Shown here in pieces: positions 35,801-48,048 of a DNA stretch of 64,000 nt. Position 1 is the stretch's first letter. The number at the start of each line of letters is the position of its first letter. The DNA is from Oikopleura dioica (Eukaryota > Animalia > Chordata). The position numbers and the translations under genes were made by a program. Under the pieces are notes generated by a model. It was not told where the DNA came from, did not search any database, and saw nothing but the letters and a program-made list of their open reading frames with translations. The stretch is taken from NCBI GenBank assembly GCA_907165135.1, contig OU015566.1, positions 5,208,001-5,272,000 on the forward strand, in the 5' to 3' direction.

Positions 35801-38800
35801 CTTTTTTCGGTTTCCCCAAATCAGATGATTAGATTAGGAATGAGAAATTTCGAATTTAATTTGATTAACTCTACAATTAAAGACAAATTACAGCGAGCAA
35901 AATGGATTTTTGATAAATCTCTCGCGGAAAATAAACCCGAAAACAAAGAGGACCTCGAGGCTCAATTTTCGCGCCTTTCAAGTTCTTTTGTTTATAATTC
36001 ATGCGAGCCAGAATTTCTTAGGGAATACGGGGAAGATCTTTATGGATTTGAATCAGCTGAGGAAAAATTGTCTTTTTTGACTTCTGTTTTTGGCGACGAA
36101 TCGCCCGAGGAAAAGATCCTTCGAAACAAAGAGAAAATGGAAAATCTCGCTCGTAAGAGCGAGAATAATGAAAAGTTCGAGATTTTTTTGTCACGTGTTA
36201 AAACGGTCGCGGAGAAGATTACGCAGAAACCAGATGCGAGAGAATACATTATCGACGCGCAATTTAGAAAATCGCTAACGCCCGAACTGCAGAATTTTCT
36301 TCGCGATCAGTGTATGCTTGAAAAAACCCCCGAGGAAATATCCAAATTTCTTGACAAAAGAAAACGAAATGAGACTGTCCCCAAAATTGCCCAAATCGAA
36401 ATTGACGCGAAACTGGGCTCGTTCTTCCAGTCGACTTCTGACTTAATTTCGAAATCGACAATGTCCTTTGAGGATCAAATTGCTCAATTGAAAACTGAAC
36501 AGAAAAAATCAGAGGAGGCGGCGGAAAAACGGGCATGTGCGCTACATGATCAAATTGAAAAACTAACGGCAACAATTGCAAAATTGGAAGTTGATCGCCG
36601 TAACGATCAGAGTTTGACGCGCCAAAATAACCAGCAACGGAATTTTCAAAGTCGAAATTTGGGCGCGCCAAACTCAGATCGGCAAAGGCCACGACGATTT
36701 TGTGGATTTTGTAACACAGACACTCATTTTAGATCGCATTGCCCCTTTATAACCTGTCATTTTTGTCAGAAAAAAGGCCACATGAAAACGGCCTGTCCCG
36801 ATAATCCCGATAGAATTTACAGAGCTGCTCGGGTCGAGGGAGAAGAAACTTCAAAAAACGAGTAAATGGAACTGAAAGCCCTGGTCAGGCACCAGTTCCA
36901 AGAACTTGTTCAATTTTTCGCATTGGATTACAATATTTTGTAGAAATGACAATTTTTTCAAAGAAAATAAAAATGCTCGTCGATTCAGGTTCCCAACTTA
37001 ATCTTTTGCCCAAATCATTTATTCCCGATAATGTTAAAATTCAAGCCCCTGATATTTTTGCTAAAAATTATGGTGGAGGAAGTATTGAAATTCTTGGTTT
37101 TGTTGAATGTGATTTTCATGTTAAAACGGAAAAATGGGGTAAATCACGATTTTACATTGTAAATGACAATTGTGAGGCGATTCTCGGTTCGGAAGCACTC
37201 AAATCTAATGAATTAATGATCAATCTTCATCGTAATCGTCTTGTTAAATCTGGTCCTATCGAGCGAATGGCGAATTTATGTAATAATTCATCAAAAAGCC
37301 CAAAAATTAATAACATTGAGCATGACAGTTTTTATGCCGTTTCTGAACAAAATTTCACATTCAGAGGCAAAAGTGAGCAAATAATCGATTTGAAAATTCC
37401 TCATTTGAATAGATCAATGAATCTTTTTTTAGAAAAAAGTCAGCTTAGAAATTCCAAGCTCGAATTAATAGAATCATTTCAAAGAGTTGATCCAGAAAAT
37501 CCATTTTTTCGAGTTCTTGTCATAAACCCTCTTAATTCGACAATAAAAATTCCCGCTGGCACGGCCTTCGCAAAACTTGCAGAAATAGCTGAAATCGCGT
37601 GCATAAAGCCCTCTAAAAAGGATCTTGATTTTCTTCTTTCACGATTAAAAATAGGCAATTTATCGGAGAGCAATAAGCCAAGATTTTTCGATCTTCTCGG
37701 CATTTATACTCATTTGTTTCAAGACGAGGACGACGATTTGCCTGTCTCGAACCTTGAAAAATTTTCGATTGAACTTGAGACTGATCGCCCGATTTGTAGC
37801 AATATGTACAGAACGCCGTATGCCTTGCGGGGAGTAATGACCGGTACTCTTACCTCCTACCTTGGGCAAGACATAATAATGCGAGTAAATTCACCCTATA
37901 ATAGCCCCGCGTTACTCGTAAGAAAACGAAATGGTACATTCAGATTGTGTATAGATTACAGGAAATTAAATTCATTCACGCTTCAGCAGCATCACCCGCT
38001 GCAACAAATTGAGGACGTTTTAGGATTTTTAGAGAATAGCCTTATTTTTCTTGCGTGGATTTGCGTAAAGGATTTCATCAGTGCCTCGTGGATGAGAAAT
38101 CGCGAGAAAAACTAGCTTTTTCGACTGAAGACGGACAATTTACTTGGAAAAGACTTCCAATGGGTCTTAAAAATGCCCCTATTCATTTCGCAAAATGTAT
38201 GGATGTTATTTTACGAGACACGCCAAAAACTCAAATTTGCGCATATCTTGATGATTTAGTGGTCCATTCAAGAACAGAAGAAGAACACCTAGCCAATTTA
38301 TGTAAATTTTTTCAAATTTTAGATCAAAATAATTTACGAATTAATATTGACAAAGCGAGTTTCTTTGAGCGAAAAGCATGCATTTTGGGTTTTGAAATTT
38401 TTAACGGAAGAATACGGCCATCACAGGACAAGATCGAGGCGGTTAAAAATCTTTCTATTCCAAGAAATCGTGAGGAGGCACAATCACTTTTTGGCCTTCT
38501 TTCGCAGCACAGAAAATTTATTAAAAATTTTGCACCCCTGGGAGTAGAAATTTCAAAAACGTACAGAGGTTCATTTTGTTGGACAAAAGAGGCGACAATT
38601 GCACTCGAAAAGCTCAAAAGTATCATCTGCCAAAACACCCTTGAGCTCAAAATCCCCCCACTAAATAACGGTGTTTTTGTACTTGAGACTGACGCATCTA
38701 ATCATAGTCTCGGTGGAGTTCTTTATCTTTGCGCGGAGCGGAATAAAAATCACCATCATTCGCATAATTGCTTGCAACCGATAGCTTATCACTCGCTTAA

Positions 38801-41800
38801 TTTCACGCCGGCACAACAGAAATACGGAACATTGGAAAAAGAGCTTTATAGTGGAAAAACATGTATGGAACGATGGAGGGCTTATCTTGCTTATGTCGAT
38901 TTTCTTTGGATTACTGATAATTCTTGTGTGAAATACGCTCAATCCTTTAAGACAAGTAATTTAAAAATTCAAAGATGGTTTACGGAGCTTCAGGGCTTTT
39001 CATTTCGAATTGAACAAAGAAAAACTCATCAGATGAAAATAAGTGATTGCCTTAGTCGTAATACATTAAATTGTTCAATCAATCAAATAAGGTTCACCCC
39101 TGAATCATTTGTAGAATTCCAAAAATCTGACCGAGTACTATCACAAGTTAGACGTTTTGTTAGTATTGATAGATGGCCAAAAAACCCACCAAGTGAGCTT
39201 TACCCATTCTTTTTACGTAGACCTGACCTTGAAATCCTTGAGACCGGGGAACTAGCTATAAACTCTCCAGCCCATCAAAAAAGATTTTGCGTCCCCGAGG
39301 CATTGACAGAAACAATTTGCAGCGAATATCATGATCACTCTCATTTTGGAATCGATATTACAGCCGAAAAAATTTCTAGAAAGTATTTTTGGCCGGGATT
39401 AAAAAATACAGTCGCGAGCTTTATCAAATCATGTCACAAATGTCAAATTTCAAAACCAAATCTACAACCAAATAAACCCCCTTTAGGTAAATCTGAAACA
39501 CCAAGCGGCCCATTTGAAATTTTGTACTTCGATTTGATCGGCCCACTTCAAGAAACTGATTTTGGTCATAAATATGTAATGGTGGTTATTGACGGTTTCA
39601 GCAAGAAAGTTTATGCGGAGCCCTTGTCTTCTAAAAAATCGGATCATTTACTGCAGAAATTCCGTAGCGTATTATTTAGAAATCCTAAATTTCCAAAATA
39701 TATGGTTTTAGATAACGCGAAGGAACACGTTTTGATTGAAAAATTTTTGAAAGAAAATAAAATTGGTGTGCATTATATTCCCCCGCGTCATCCCCAATCT
39801 AACGGGCAAGTTGAAAACGTCAATCGAACCATAAAAGCCAGGCTCAGGGCTCGTTCAAACTGGGTGAATTGGGATATTTTTCTGTTTGAAATTGTTCATG
39901 AAATAAACAGTAGTTTACATACAGTGCTCGGAACAACCCCATTTTGTGTAGAAACTGGTGTAAAAATCAGTCATCATTTCCAAGACCCTTATTGGCGAAC
40001 ATACGGAGATAAAATCGACGTTGACTTTGAGAAAATTCGTGCGAAAATTGAACAAGAAAAGCAAAAAAGAATGATCAAATTTGATAATCCCCGTTTCAAA
40101 GAATATGATTTAGGCGATAAAGTTCTTATAAAAAATTTCCGCGAAAAATTCCCTCCCTTTTTGGGTCCCTATGAAGTAACGTTTAAATCCCCGAGTGGTC
40201 TATGGTACACTGTTAAAAATGATAAGGACGAATTTAGGCGACATGCAGAGCATATAAAAAGCTATTCTGAGCGAAATTCAATTTTAGAGACGAATAATGA
40301 TGTTGTAAAATACCCGAAGACTGTGACAAAACCACAAGAAAATGATCTCGAGCTTTTTGAAATTTTTTCTGAAAACTGTCTTTTTTCGAGGGATTCCCTC
40401 GGTCGGTTTGATGAAGATTTCTCTACAGAAATAGAATCGGAAAAAGCGCATGAACCTTTATCCTCTGAAATGTCAGATCAGTCATTACAATCGGAACCTT
40501 ATCGGGAGCGGTCTAGTTCTTCTTTAGAACCAGAAAATGTTTCATCCTCTTCGACTCTTTTGATAGAAATGCCATTACCGAAAATTTATCGTAATCAAGA
40601 ACCTGATTTGAATCAAGTAGGAAATGGATCAGATATTGTGCTTGATTCCGAGAAATCAAGTTCTGATTCTGAGCTTTCTGTTAATTTGACATCGTATGAT
40701 AAATTGCCCGAAATTGATCCGCTAGTTGCTCTAAAACGAAGAAGGGAAAGATCTGATGATTCCGTTGTCGAGCGTAAAATTGCTAAATTTACAGTGGAAA
40801 ATAATTTGGAAAACATGTCAATTTTAATTAAAATGGAAAATCATGATCTTGACTTTTTTGAACATCTAAATGATAAATGGAAAAATACAGACGACATAGA
40901 GGAGACTTATGTTGAAAATGGTATATTTATCAAACTAAACGAATTAACAAGAGACTCACTTTTATTTATTCTTTTTAAAATGAATCAGGACTTTGATCTT
41001 GAGGAATCAAGGGCGAAACTTCAGATAAAAGTGAAGGAAACTATTCGTAGAGAATATCCAAATTGGCGTAAATCGAGAAACGGACAACTTCTTTTTTTTG
41101 CGGTCTTTAGAGTGCAAAAAGAGCGAACGTTGTACGAACTAACTGTCCCCGAGCTAAAGACTGTTTGCGCTTTTTATGATTTACCCTGTAAGTTTAAAAA
41201 CTGCTCCAAGACAATCTTACAGGCATCTATCGAAACAGAATTGCTGAAAAAATTTCCAAATCATCCGATGCGTAAAAATGTTCTTGTTTTTCTTCCTGAC
41301 TTTGAAACTGAAATATGAAAAAGAAAGGCGAAAAAGATGCTCGTTTGCGACCCATGGAAGGTCACAGTGATATCCTTAGGGAACAACGCCTCAAGCAATA
41401 CAAAAAATTTATTTCACGGCCAAATATTTACGTCAATTTGGTTCTACGTTGGTTTAAATTTGTCTTGTCAACTTGGTATTACCAAATTGATCCGACATTT
41501 TTCCGAAAATCATTTCACGATATTCTTCTCAAAATGAAAAGATGGTCAGTTTTCACGAGCCAGATTGACCCAAAATTGTCTTATCATCATGTCATCTCTT
41601 TACGATTTCTACTTTTATCATTGGAATGCTCATATGCTCTCATCATAATCAACGGGTCGGAAACTAATTAAGGGTTTATTCAGTCTAGGATTAATGTGTA
41701 TGTACGCATACTTTGGAAAAAATCTTAATTCGTTTCTGACTATTCTAGTGCGATCTGACGTCCATTCATCAAAAATATGCAATTCGCAAAACCGCATGTT

Positions 41801-43649
41801 TAATCTATTTATTGATATTTCTTATCATTGCTTTGCGATTTTAAAAGTTCGATTATTGACAGTTCATACGATTCAACTTCTACAACAAGATAGCCGTCAA
41901 CACCTTCTTCAACAACAACTACTCCAACGAGCCGATAAACCGTCGTATCATCTCGGTGCCGTGGGGTCGGACAAACTCTCTGTCAGTGCGTCCGCTTGTC
42001 GCAAACTAGCTCATCCGTAAGAGAAGATACGGTGCGAACCGCGACAGTAACTTCCCCCGGGTATGTTCCTTGGAATTTGCTTCTTCTATGATTTCAATTT
42101 TGATAAATTTATTTTATAAAATCCTGACCAAATTTTATTCAATTTATTTGTTAAATTTTGTACATATTCTTTTACTTTTCTCATCCCTTTTTTTATATAT
42201 TTCAATCTTAATTAACAGTCACTTCTACGGTCACATAGTGAGAAGTTTTAGTGGCTGTTATTATTTTCTGCTTTTTATTATGAAAAAAATTAATTTGCGT
42301 TTTATCTCGTCACGCGCGGCGCCGGCTCCAGAATCCTTCGAAAATAACTTGCTTGGCAAGTTCGACCAGCTTATCATCCGAAAAGAAATCGATCCGAAAG
42401 GATTTCCCGCTAGAAAAACCGTCAGAGAAAGCCACGGGCTCTCTTCCTTGTTTTCAAAAGAAAAATTGTTTTTCAAAAACAATCGCTTGTTCAAAAACAC
42501 TGATTGAATCTCGCTGCTATTTAACCCCGCGTCGCGCCTTTTTCCGGCATTCAAATCACAAATAAAACCACGCAAATTTCAAATTTGATTCTCGTTATTT
42601 TCGCTTGGCATTCTAGAGTAAAAGATTAGAGAGCAAAATTCCTGCAGGACAGCCGCTTCCGTATCACAGTATATCAGTCGACGGAAAATGCAATCAAAGT
42701 TTAACATATCTGAAAAGGAAACGACTCAGAAATTTGTAAGATTTAGTTTTTTTTAATTAAGAGACTCGTCAAAGATTTAAAAATCTCCTGGAAAGAAACA
42801 ATGGTCAACTGGATGCTATTTCTTATGTCAAAAATCACAAATTCTACTTTGCAGACTTAGAAGAAAGAGTTCACTGGAAAAAACGGGTAGGCTTCATTTC
42901 CCCAAGAGCTTCATTTCCCCAGAGCTTCATCTCCCCAAGAGCTTCATTTCCCCAGCCTGAGCAGATGAAGCTCTTGGGGAGATGAAGCTCTGGGGAAATG
43001 AAGCTTTTAATTGCGTGGGCGACTTGTACATAGTGGTCAATGGCTGAGCAGGGCTGCGCAACAAAACTTATTTTTTCATTAAGTTTGAAAGTCTAAAATG
43101 TATGTGTTTCATAAAAGAAAAAAGTATTTCTTCGCCATCATAATAACGTTTTCCTTCTTTATCAAACGTCGTTCCTAAATTATTATCCCAAAATAATCGA
43201 GCTTAATGATTATGACATTGGTTCTATCTTTTATTTTTTTTCTAAAATAACGATAAATAATGAAATATAAAAAGTAAACGGTAATATGCGAAGCTATTAC
43301 CGGTAACTATTCAGTGTCTAGCAGACTTATTCAATAAAAACAGTTTTGATTAAATATTTTTGATGCTCGAGAAAAGATATTTCTTGATTTTATTCTATAA
43401 TTGCAACGAATACGTGTTACATACGAAAAGGCTTAATATTTCTCAAAATTTTCTTGAATTTTTTTTCTGAAATATTAAAAAAGTCGAGTAAGAGCTTCAT
43501 TAGCCCAAGAGCTTCATCTCCCCAAGAGCTTCATCTGCCCAGGCTGGGGAAACGAAGCTCTTGGGGAAATGAAGCTCTGGGGAAATGAAGCTCTTGGGGA
43601 GATGAAGCCTACCCGGAAAAAACGGCTAAGTTCTAGCGATTTAAAATGA
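32871..43649 (+). CDS. LPCAT2: Lysophosphatidylcholine acyltransferase (LPCAT1/2-like), interrupted by the gypsy element and a Mutator-like MITE
   Basis: LAPHSLMQD (acyltransferase motif I), YLDRE, MFPEGAVTNGKSLLQFKPGAF, PVQPV; EF-hand-like region continues after 42667; native end WKKRLSSSDLK* at 43649. Confidence 0.8.
34459..35756 (+). repeat. 5' LTR (1298 bp)
   Basis: TGATATCC...CCGTATCA; the only difference I found from the 3' LTR is one A in a homopolymer. Confidence 0.95.
35756..36865 (+). CDS. gag: Gag (369 aa)
   Basis: Two CX2CX4HX4C knuckles (CGFCNTDTHFRSHC, CHFCQKKGHMKTAC). Confidence 0.92.
   Translation: MVTPTPEEVLYKSHALFSVSPNQMIRLGMRNFEFNLINSTIKDKLQRAKWIFDKSLAENKPENKEDLEAQFSRLSSSFVYNSCEPEFLREYGEDLYGFESAEEKLSFLTSVFGDESPEEKILRNKEKMENLARKSENNEKFEIFLSRVKTVAEKITQKPDAREYIIDAQFRKSLTPELQNFLRDQCMLEKTPEEISKFLDKRKRNETVPKIAQIEIDAKLGSFFQSTSDLISKSTMSFEDQIAQLKTEQKKSEEAAEKRACALHDQIEKLTATIAKLEVDRRNDQSLTRQNNQQRNFQSRNLGAPNSDRQRPRRFCGFCNTDTHFRSHCPFITCHFCQKKGHMKTACPDNPDRIYRAARVEGEETSKNE
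35757..35770 (+). promoter_or_regulatory. Primer-binding site, probably tRNA-Trp type
   Basis: TGGTGACTCC immediately after the 5' LTR; complementary to a ...GGAGTCACCA tRNA 3' end (tRNA identity inferred). Confidence 0.7.
36853..36900 (+). promoter_or_regulatory. -1 ribosomal frameshift signal at the gag-pol junction
   Basis: A AAA AAC heptamer in the gag frame, 7-nt spacer, stem TGGAACTG/CAGTTCCA; the pol frame is -1 and open across the site. Confidence 0.85.
36853..41318 (+). CDS. pol: Pol: protease, RT, RNase H, integrase, long C-terminal extension; 1-nt deletion at ~38046
   Basis: LVDSGS; SPYNSP..RLCIDYRKLN; DLRKGFHQ; PMGLKNAP; YLDD; LETDAS; HHCC; DLIGP/LDNA/ENVN; GPY. Confidence 0.92.
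41368..42666 (+). repeat. 3' LTR (1299 bp)
   Basis: Direct repeat of 34459-35756. Confidence 0.95.
42885..43614. mobile_element. Mutator-like fold-back MITE in the last LPCAT exon
   Basis: TIR GGGTAGGCTTCAT(T/C)TCCCCAAGAGC with arrays of ~17-18-bp subterminal repeats; 9-bp TSD GGAAAAAAC. Confidence 0.88.
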
Positions 43650-43820
43650 CAATAAAAAAACAGAGGTGTTGTTTCTTCTGAGTGGCACGAAAGTCAATCG
43701 CCTTTTATTCCTTGTCTAAATCTGTATATCATAAACAGTATATGTAAATTAAATCCATTTTAATTTTCCTTCGCATAAACTTTTTAATATGATTCTTATT
43801 CAGCAGTCTTGATAATTTCT

Positions 43821-45184
43821 TCAGAATTTGTTAATTTTTTCACAGCAGTTTTCGCCTTTTGGACTGCGTTTTCGAATTTTTTCTTCAAAATGACTTGTTT
43901 ATTTCGCTCAATTCCTTTCAAATAGCTCTCAGGCATATGAGAGGCAAAGGCGAAATCGTTGACGTCGAAAATGGGATAGTCAGTTTCGTCAGCATCATTT
44001 CCAGAATTTCTTTTTAGAGCTCAATCTTCTTGATTCAAATTTATCTTAACGGCGATTTTCGCTCATCCCTTCCTAAACCAATACAACAACGGTGGAGAAT
44101 CGACGATGATATCGCTGTCAAGTCGAATACGAAGTTGTTTTTTGACTCTAGGAAGGAGAACAGAGATAATTTCCGAAAGTCAAAGAACCTCTGTTTGAAT
44201 AAATTTTGAAGAGCCTGATTTCCAATTTTCGGCGCGCCAACAGAAACAACTCGAAAGTTAAGGGTCTCTTTTTCATATTTAGGTGCCAGGGACATTCCCA
44301 TCAGTGAAGCGATAGCGCCACCAAGCGAATGGCCAACAAATAAAATCTCATCGACTTGCTTTTCTGAGTCCGCAACTTTTAAAGTCCTATCGAGGAAGTT
44401 TTCGACTTTCGGTTTCAATGCCATGAAGCACTCGTAGAATCCGCTGTGAACTTGAGCGCCGGTTTCTTCGAAATCAACTTGATTCATCTTGAGATCTTGC
44501 CACACGTCTCCAAGCTCAGTCGTTCCGTTAATTGTCACAATTGCATATGATTTTCTCTGGAGAAGGGTTTTTATATGATGAGCTATCATAAATGATACAT
44601 CCCTTAGCTTACATTTAAAGATCCCTGTCCTGGTCGCCATCTACAGACTTTTCTTTCGCATAAATAAGGAGAGCGTCGGAAGATGTTTCTTCATCGCGGA
44701 GAACTTCGAAGTCAAAAACTTCAATTCTATTCATCAGCTGGTCAAACTCGTTCTTATTTTGGAGAGGAAAGATTGCTCAGAGAACTGACTTAGATTTTAT
44801 TTTATTTTCCGATTCCTGTCTCGATTCTGGTCCCTTGAAATATTGCGGAATGGAGTTCCAATTTACTTTCCCATCATTTTTTGCCGAGTCGAAGATTTCC
44901 TTGATAACCTAGAAACATAGCGTTGTCTCAGCGTTCGGGTTAGATGTGCATCTTACGGGATTGCAATGAGCGAGAAAAGCGAGTCGTGTAGAGAATTGAA
45001 TCATGTAAATTTTGTCGATGGAGACATCTTGATAGTTCTTTTCAATCCATTCTGTTGCTTCTCGGTTGAAACACTGCGAAATTTTCCTCTTGATAAGCTC
45101 TGAACAACACATTTTTAAATGAGCACTTATGAATTTCAATTTGCGCCAGAGACCGGAAATGCGACAATAAGTAAGATCTTTCAC
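43821..45184 (-). CDS. Class 3 lipase (alpha/beta hydrolase)
   Basis: VHSGF, VGHSLGGAIA, SVGAPKIGN, SHMPESY; exon boundaries approximate. Confidence 0.85.
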
Positions 45185-45271
45185 TATTAGTGAAAATTCT
45201 TAAAGAATACAAATCTTTAGTCAGCGGTTTAACAGTATTGAGAATTTATCATAGAATTTTTTTTTTGCTTT

Positions 45272-47374
45272 ATGAAAAAAGTGTACTCAAAAGGTAATTT
45301 GCGAGGCGAGGACGCGCAGATTGCCCTGGAAGGAAACAAGGAAGAGAATCAAGAAAATCAGAAGGAAACTCATGGAAGTTACAGGAAAAAGTCACGCAAT
45401 TAGAAACCCTATTTTTCTCTGAGGAGACTGTTCTCAAAGATCGTCAAAAATCTTTTTCTCGCTTCAGAAGCGCGCAGTTCTTCACTTCAAGACTTCCGAA
45501 AAACAGTAAATCGTCGCTAACGTGCACCTTCATCGGCGTCGTAGCTGCTGCACGGATCGCCCACGGCTTTTTCATCTCGATCACTGGCCCTGTACTTCCC
45601 AGTCTCGCCTACAACTGCGACGTTTCTGTAGGAGATGTATCGTCTGTTTTTTCGTGGAAAGGGCTTGGAAACGTCGGCGGAGCGATCGCTGGTGGAATCG
45701 TTTTTCCAAGGCTTCGATCAGGGAAAGTTTCTTTTTTAACTTTTTACCATAGTTAAAAAATCCAAGCTGTAAAGAAAATTGCGCGTAGGAAAGAGCAAAT
45801 TGCTCACTATCGGCGGCAGTCTACTGTTAAACGGAATCTTTATTGCTCTCATGCCATTCGTCACGGAACTCTGGCTACTCGGAACTGTGTCCTTTGCTAC
45901 AACGCTTACGAGTTCTTATTTAAACACGGGCTTGGAGTCACTTTTGCTGAATATTTTCGGAGTAGGGGGATCCACTTGGGTCATTGCCATCTACCATGCG
46001 TTCTTCACCATCGGAGGCATTTCCGCACCCCTGCTCGTGCAAGTGTTCAAGTCCAGTGATCCTCTCAAGGTGTCCTTTCTCAGTCGCCAATATTTCTCAT
46101 CCAGAATTTCCAGGAGTGCGTCTCCAGCGCCAATAATTTCACCGGCTACCAAAAAAACTACACTTCGGGCATTCAACTCGATCACAGTAAGAAAAACATG
46201 AAATCACTTGTTTTCAATCTTTTATGAAGTCGACGCAGACATAATCCCACCATATATAATCGTCGGCGCGATCGTCGTCGCCAGTGGAATATTCACCTGT
46301 GTCTGCGCCGTATGGAAACTCGTTGAAAAACTGACCACCGCCAAACATGATGAGGTTTGTTTCGCCATCTAATTTCGCACTCAAAAAAGTGAAGGTTGAT
46401 TTGCGCGCTCAAGATCCTTGGCAAGACCTTCATCTTTTTTTTCTGTTCACGATGCTGATTCATGCTTGCTGTGCGAACGCCGATACTATCTTCCAGGCAA
46501 GTAAAGCTTGAATGCAACTACAACCAATAGAGGAGGCATGCACTGATTTCCTCACTTTAGTCGTTCATCTACTACTACGTACTTTGCTCAGAAACCTTCG
46601 ACTGGGATCCCGTTCAAGCCAACCACATCAACATGATCTTCTGGGCTGCCTTTATTGTCGGGAGATTCAGCGGAAGCTACGCCGCTAGAAAGTTAAAACC
46701 AACTTTTTTGATCTTGATCTATTTCACGGGCTCCACCGTCGGGATCAGGCACGGCAAGAAAAATTTTATGATTTCGGCCAATTTTGCTTGATTTTTCATG
46801 CATGGAGAAGTATGATCCTGGGCGTAGACAGTTTTGCTGGTGGATCTTCAAAGGGCCCATTATTAAGCACAGCTACTGTCATCTACGGACTTTTTGTTTC
46901 CCAACTCTACGCGAGCTGCACCTGTCTCTGCAACAGCTTCACCAATATGGGCCTTTCATACGTCTTTATCAACAATCTGGGCTCCTCGATCGGCACTATG
47001 ATCGCTCCAACAGTCACTGGTCAGTAATTTTGCAAGCTCAACACTCGCTCACTCCTCATTCACAGGAAAATACATCGAAGACTCGCCAATTTCATTCGCA
47101 TGGGCATGTTTCGTCTTCTGCACTTGCGGTCTTTTTTTCGAAGCGCTCGTTCATCTCGAAGGATTTCGAATCATGCAAGGTACTTCCTATAGCAAAACTC
47201 TCAAGGAACGGTCGACTGCTTTTAAGTGAGCAATTGAAGCAAACTGAAATCTCGACTTTCGAAAAGGCATTTTTCCGCTGCTCATTTCCAGTAGAAGGCT
47301 TCGGAAGAAGCGCCTCAAAACAACGCCAATCTGCCGAATCTGGAATCAAGGAAGAGCACAATTTATTCTCTTGA
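45272..47374 (+). CDS. MFS transporter, MFSD4/NaGLT1-like (start approximate)
   Basis: ITGPVLPSLA..VSSVFSWKGLG, HAFFTIGGISAPLL, FWAAFIVGRF, multiple hydrophobic helices. Confidence 0.75.
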
Positions 47375-48048
47375 AAAAGGATTAACTGAAAAATCATTAC
47401 CTGAAATTTTTGCAAATCAAATTGAAATTTCGCGGTCAACTTTCAACTTTTTGTGAAATCTTTTATCGAGCTATAAGAGGGGACGCTAAGATTTTCCAAA
47501 TTTCGGCTCGAATAGTTTGACCCGAGAAAACCATCTAAAAAGATCATTCTCGAAGTAGACGTGTGAAAATGCCCAGCCCAGTGATTTGACACGTGTCGCC
47601 TGGATAAATATTTCCGCTCAGCTGATTACTACTGGGCAAAAGGCCACGTTCGTGTTTTTGACTTTGGCCCGAAAAGAGGCAAGAAATTGCTAATTGTTGA
47701 AACCGTCGGCTGAGCGGGGTTCCATTTGGCTGCCAAGAGCGGAAATGAGAATGGATTTGGCCACCACAAGGTGAAAGCAGGTGCTCCTCGCCGCGCGCTA
47801 TTTAGACAGTGCTCGCCGCCAAAACGGAATTACTTTCCTTGCTAGCCGCAAATCTGAAAATATTCAGCACCGCTGAGCGCGCTTTTCGCGAAAAAGAGCA
47901 GCCCGTTCCAATCAGCTACCTGATTAGCTCACTTTTGAAAGCGCGGTTGCGAAAAGAAAGTTCCAGTTTTGTAAAAATATAGTTTTTATTCTGGGAAAAT
48001 AGGTTGATTAGTAGAAAAGAGAGAGAGAGAGATCTTCTCGGAGTAGTT

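Larger units (their letters stand above)
34459..42666 (+). mobile_element. Ty3/gypsy LTR retrotransposon, 8.2 kb, gag-pol, no env
   Basis: Two ~1.3-kb TG...CA LTRs, PBS, Gag with CCHC knuckles, PR-RT-RH-IN order. Confidence 0.97.

Noticed and set aside
38040-38060. Second programmed frameshift inside RT
   Set aside because: It falls within a conserved RT motif at a T run with no stimulatory structure seen; an error or inactivating mutation is more likely.
41315-42575. env-like or extra genes in the short ORFs after pol
   Set aside because: They lie within the 3' LTR, are duplicated in the 5' LTR, and show no signal-peptide/TM envelope architecture.
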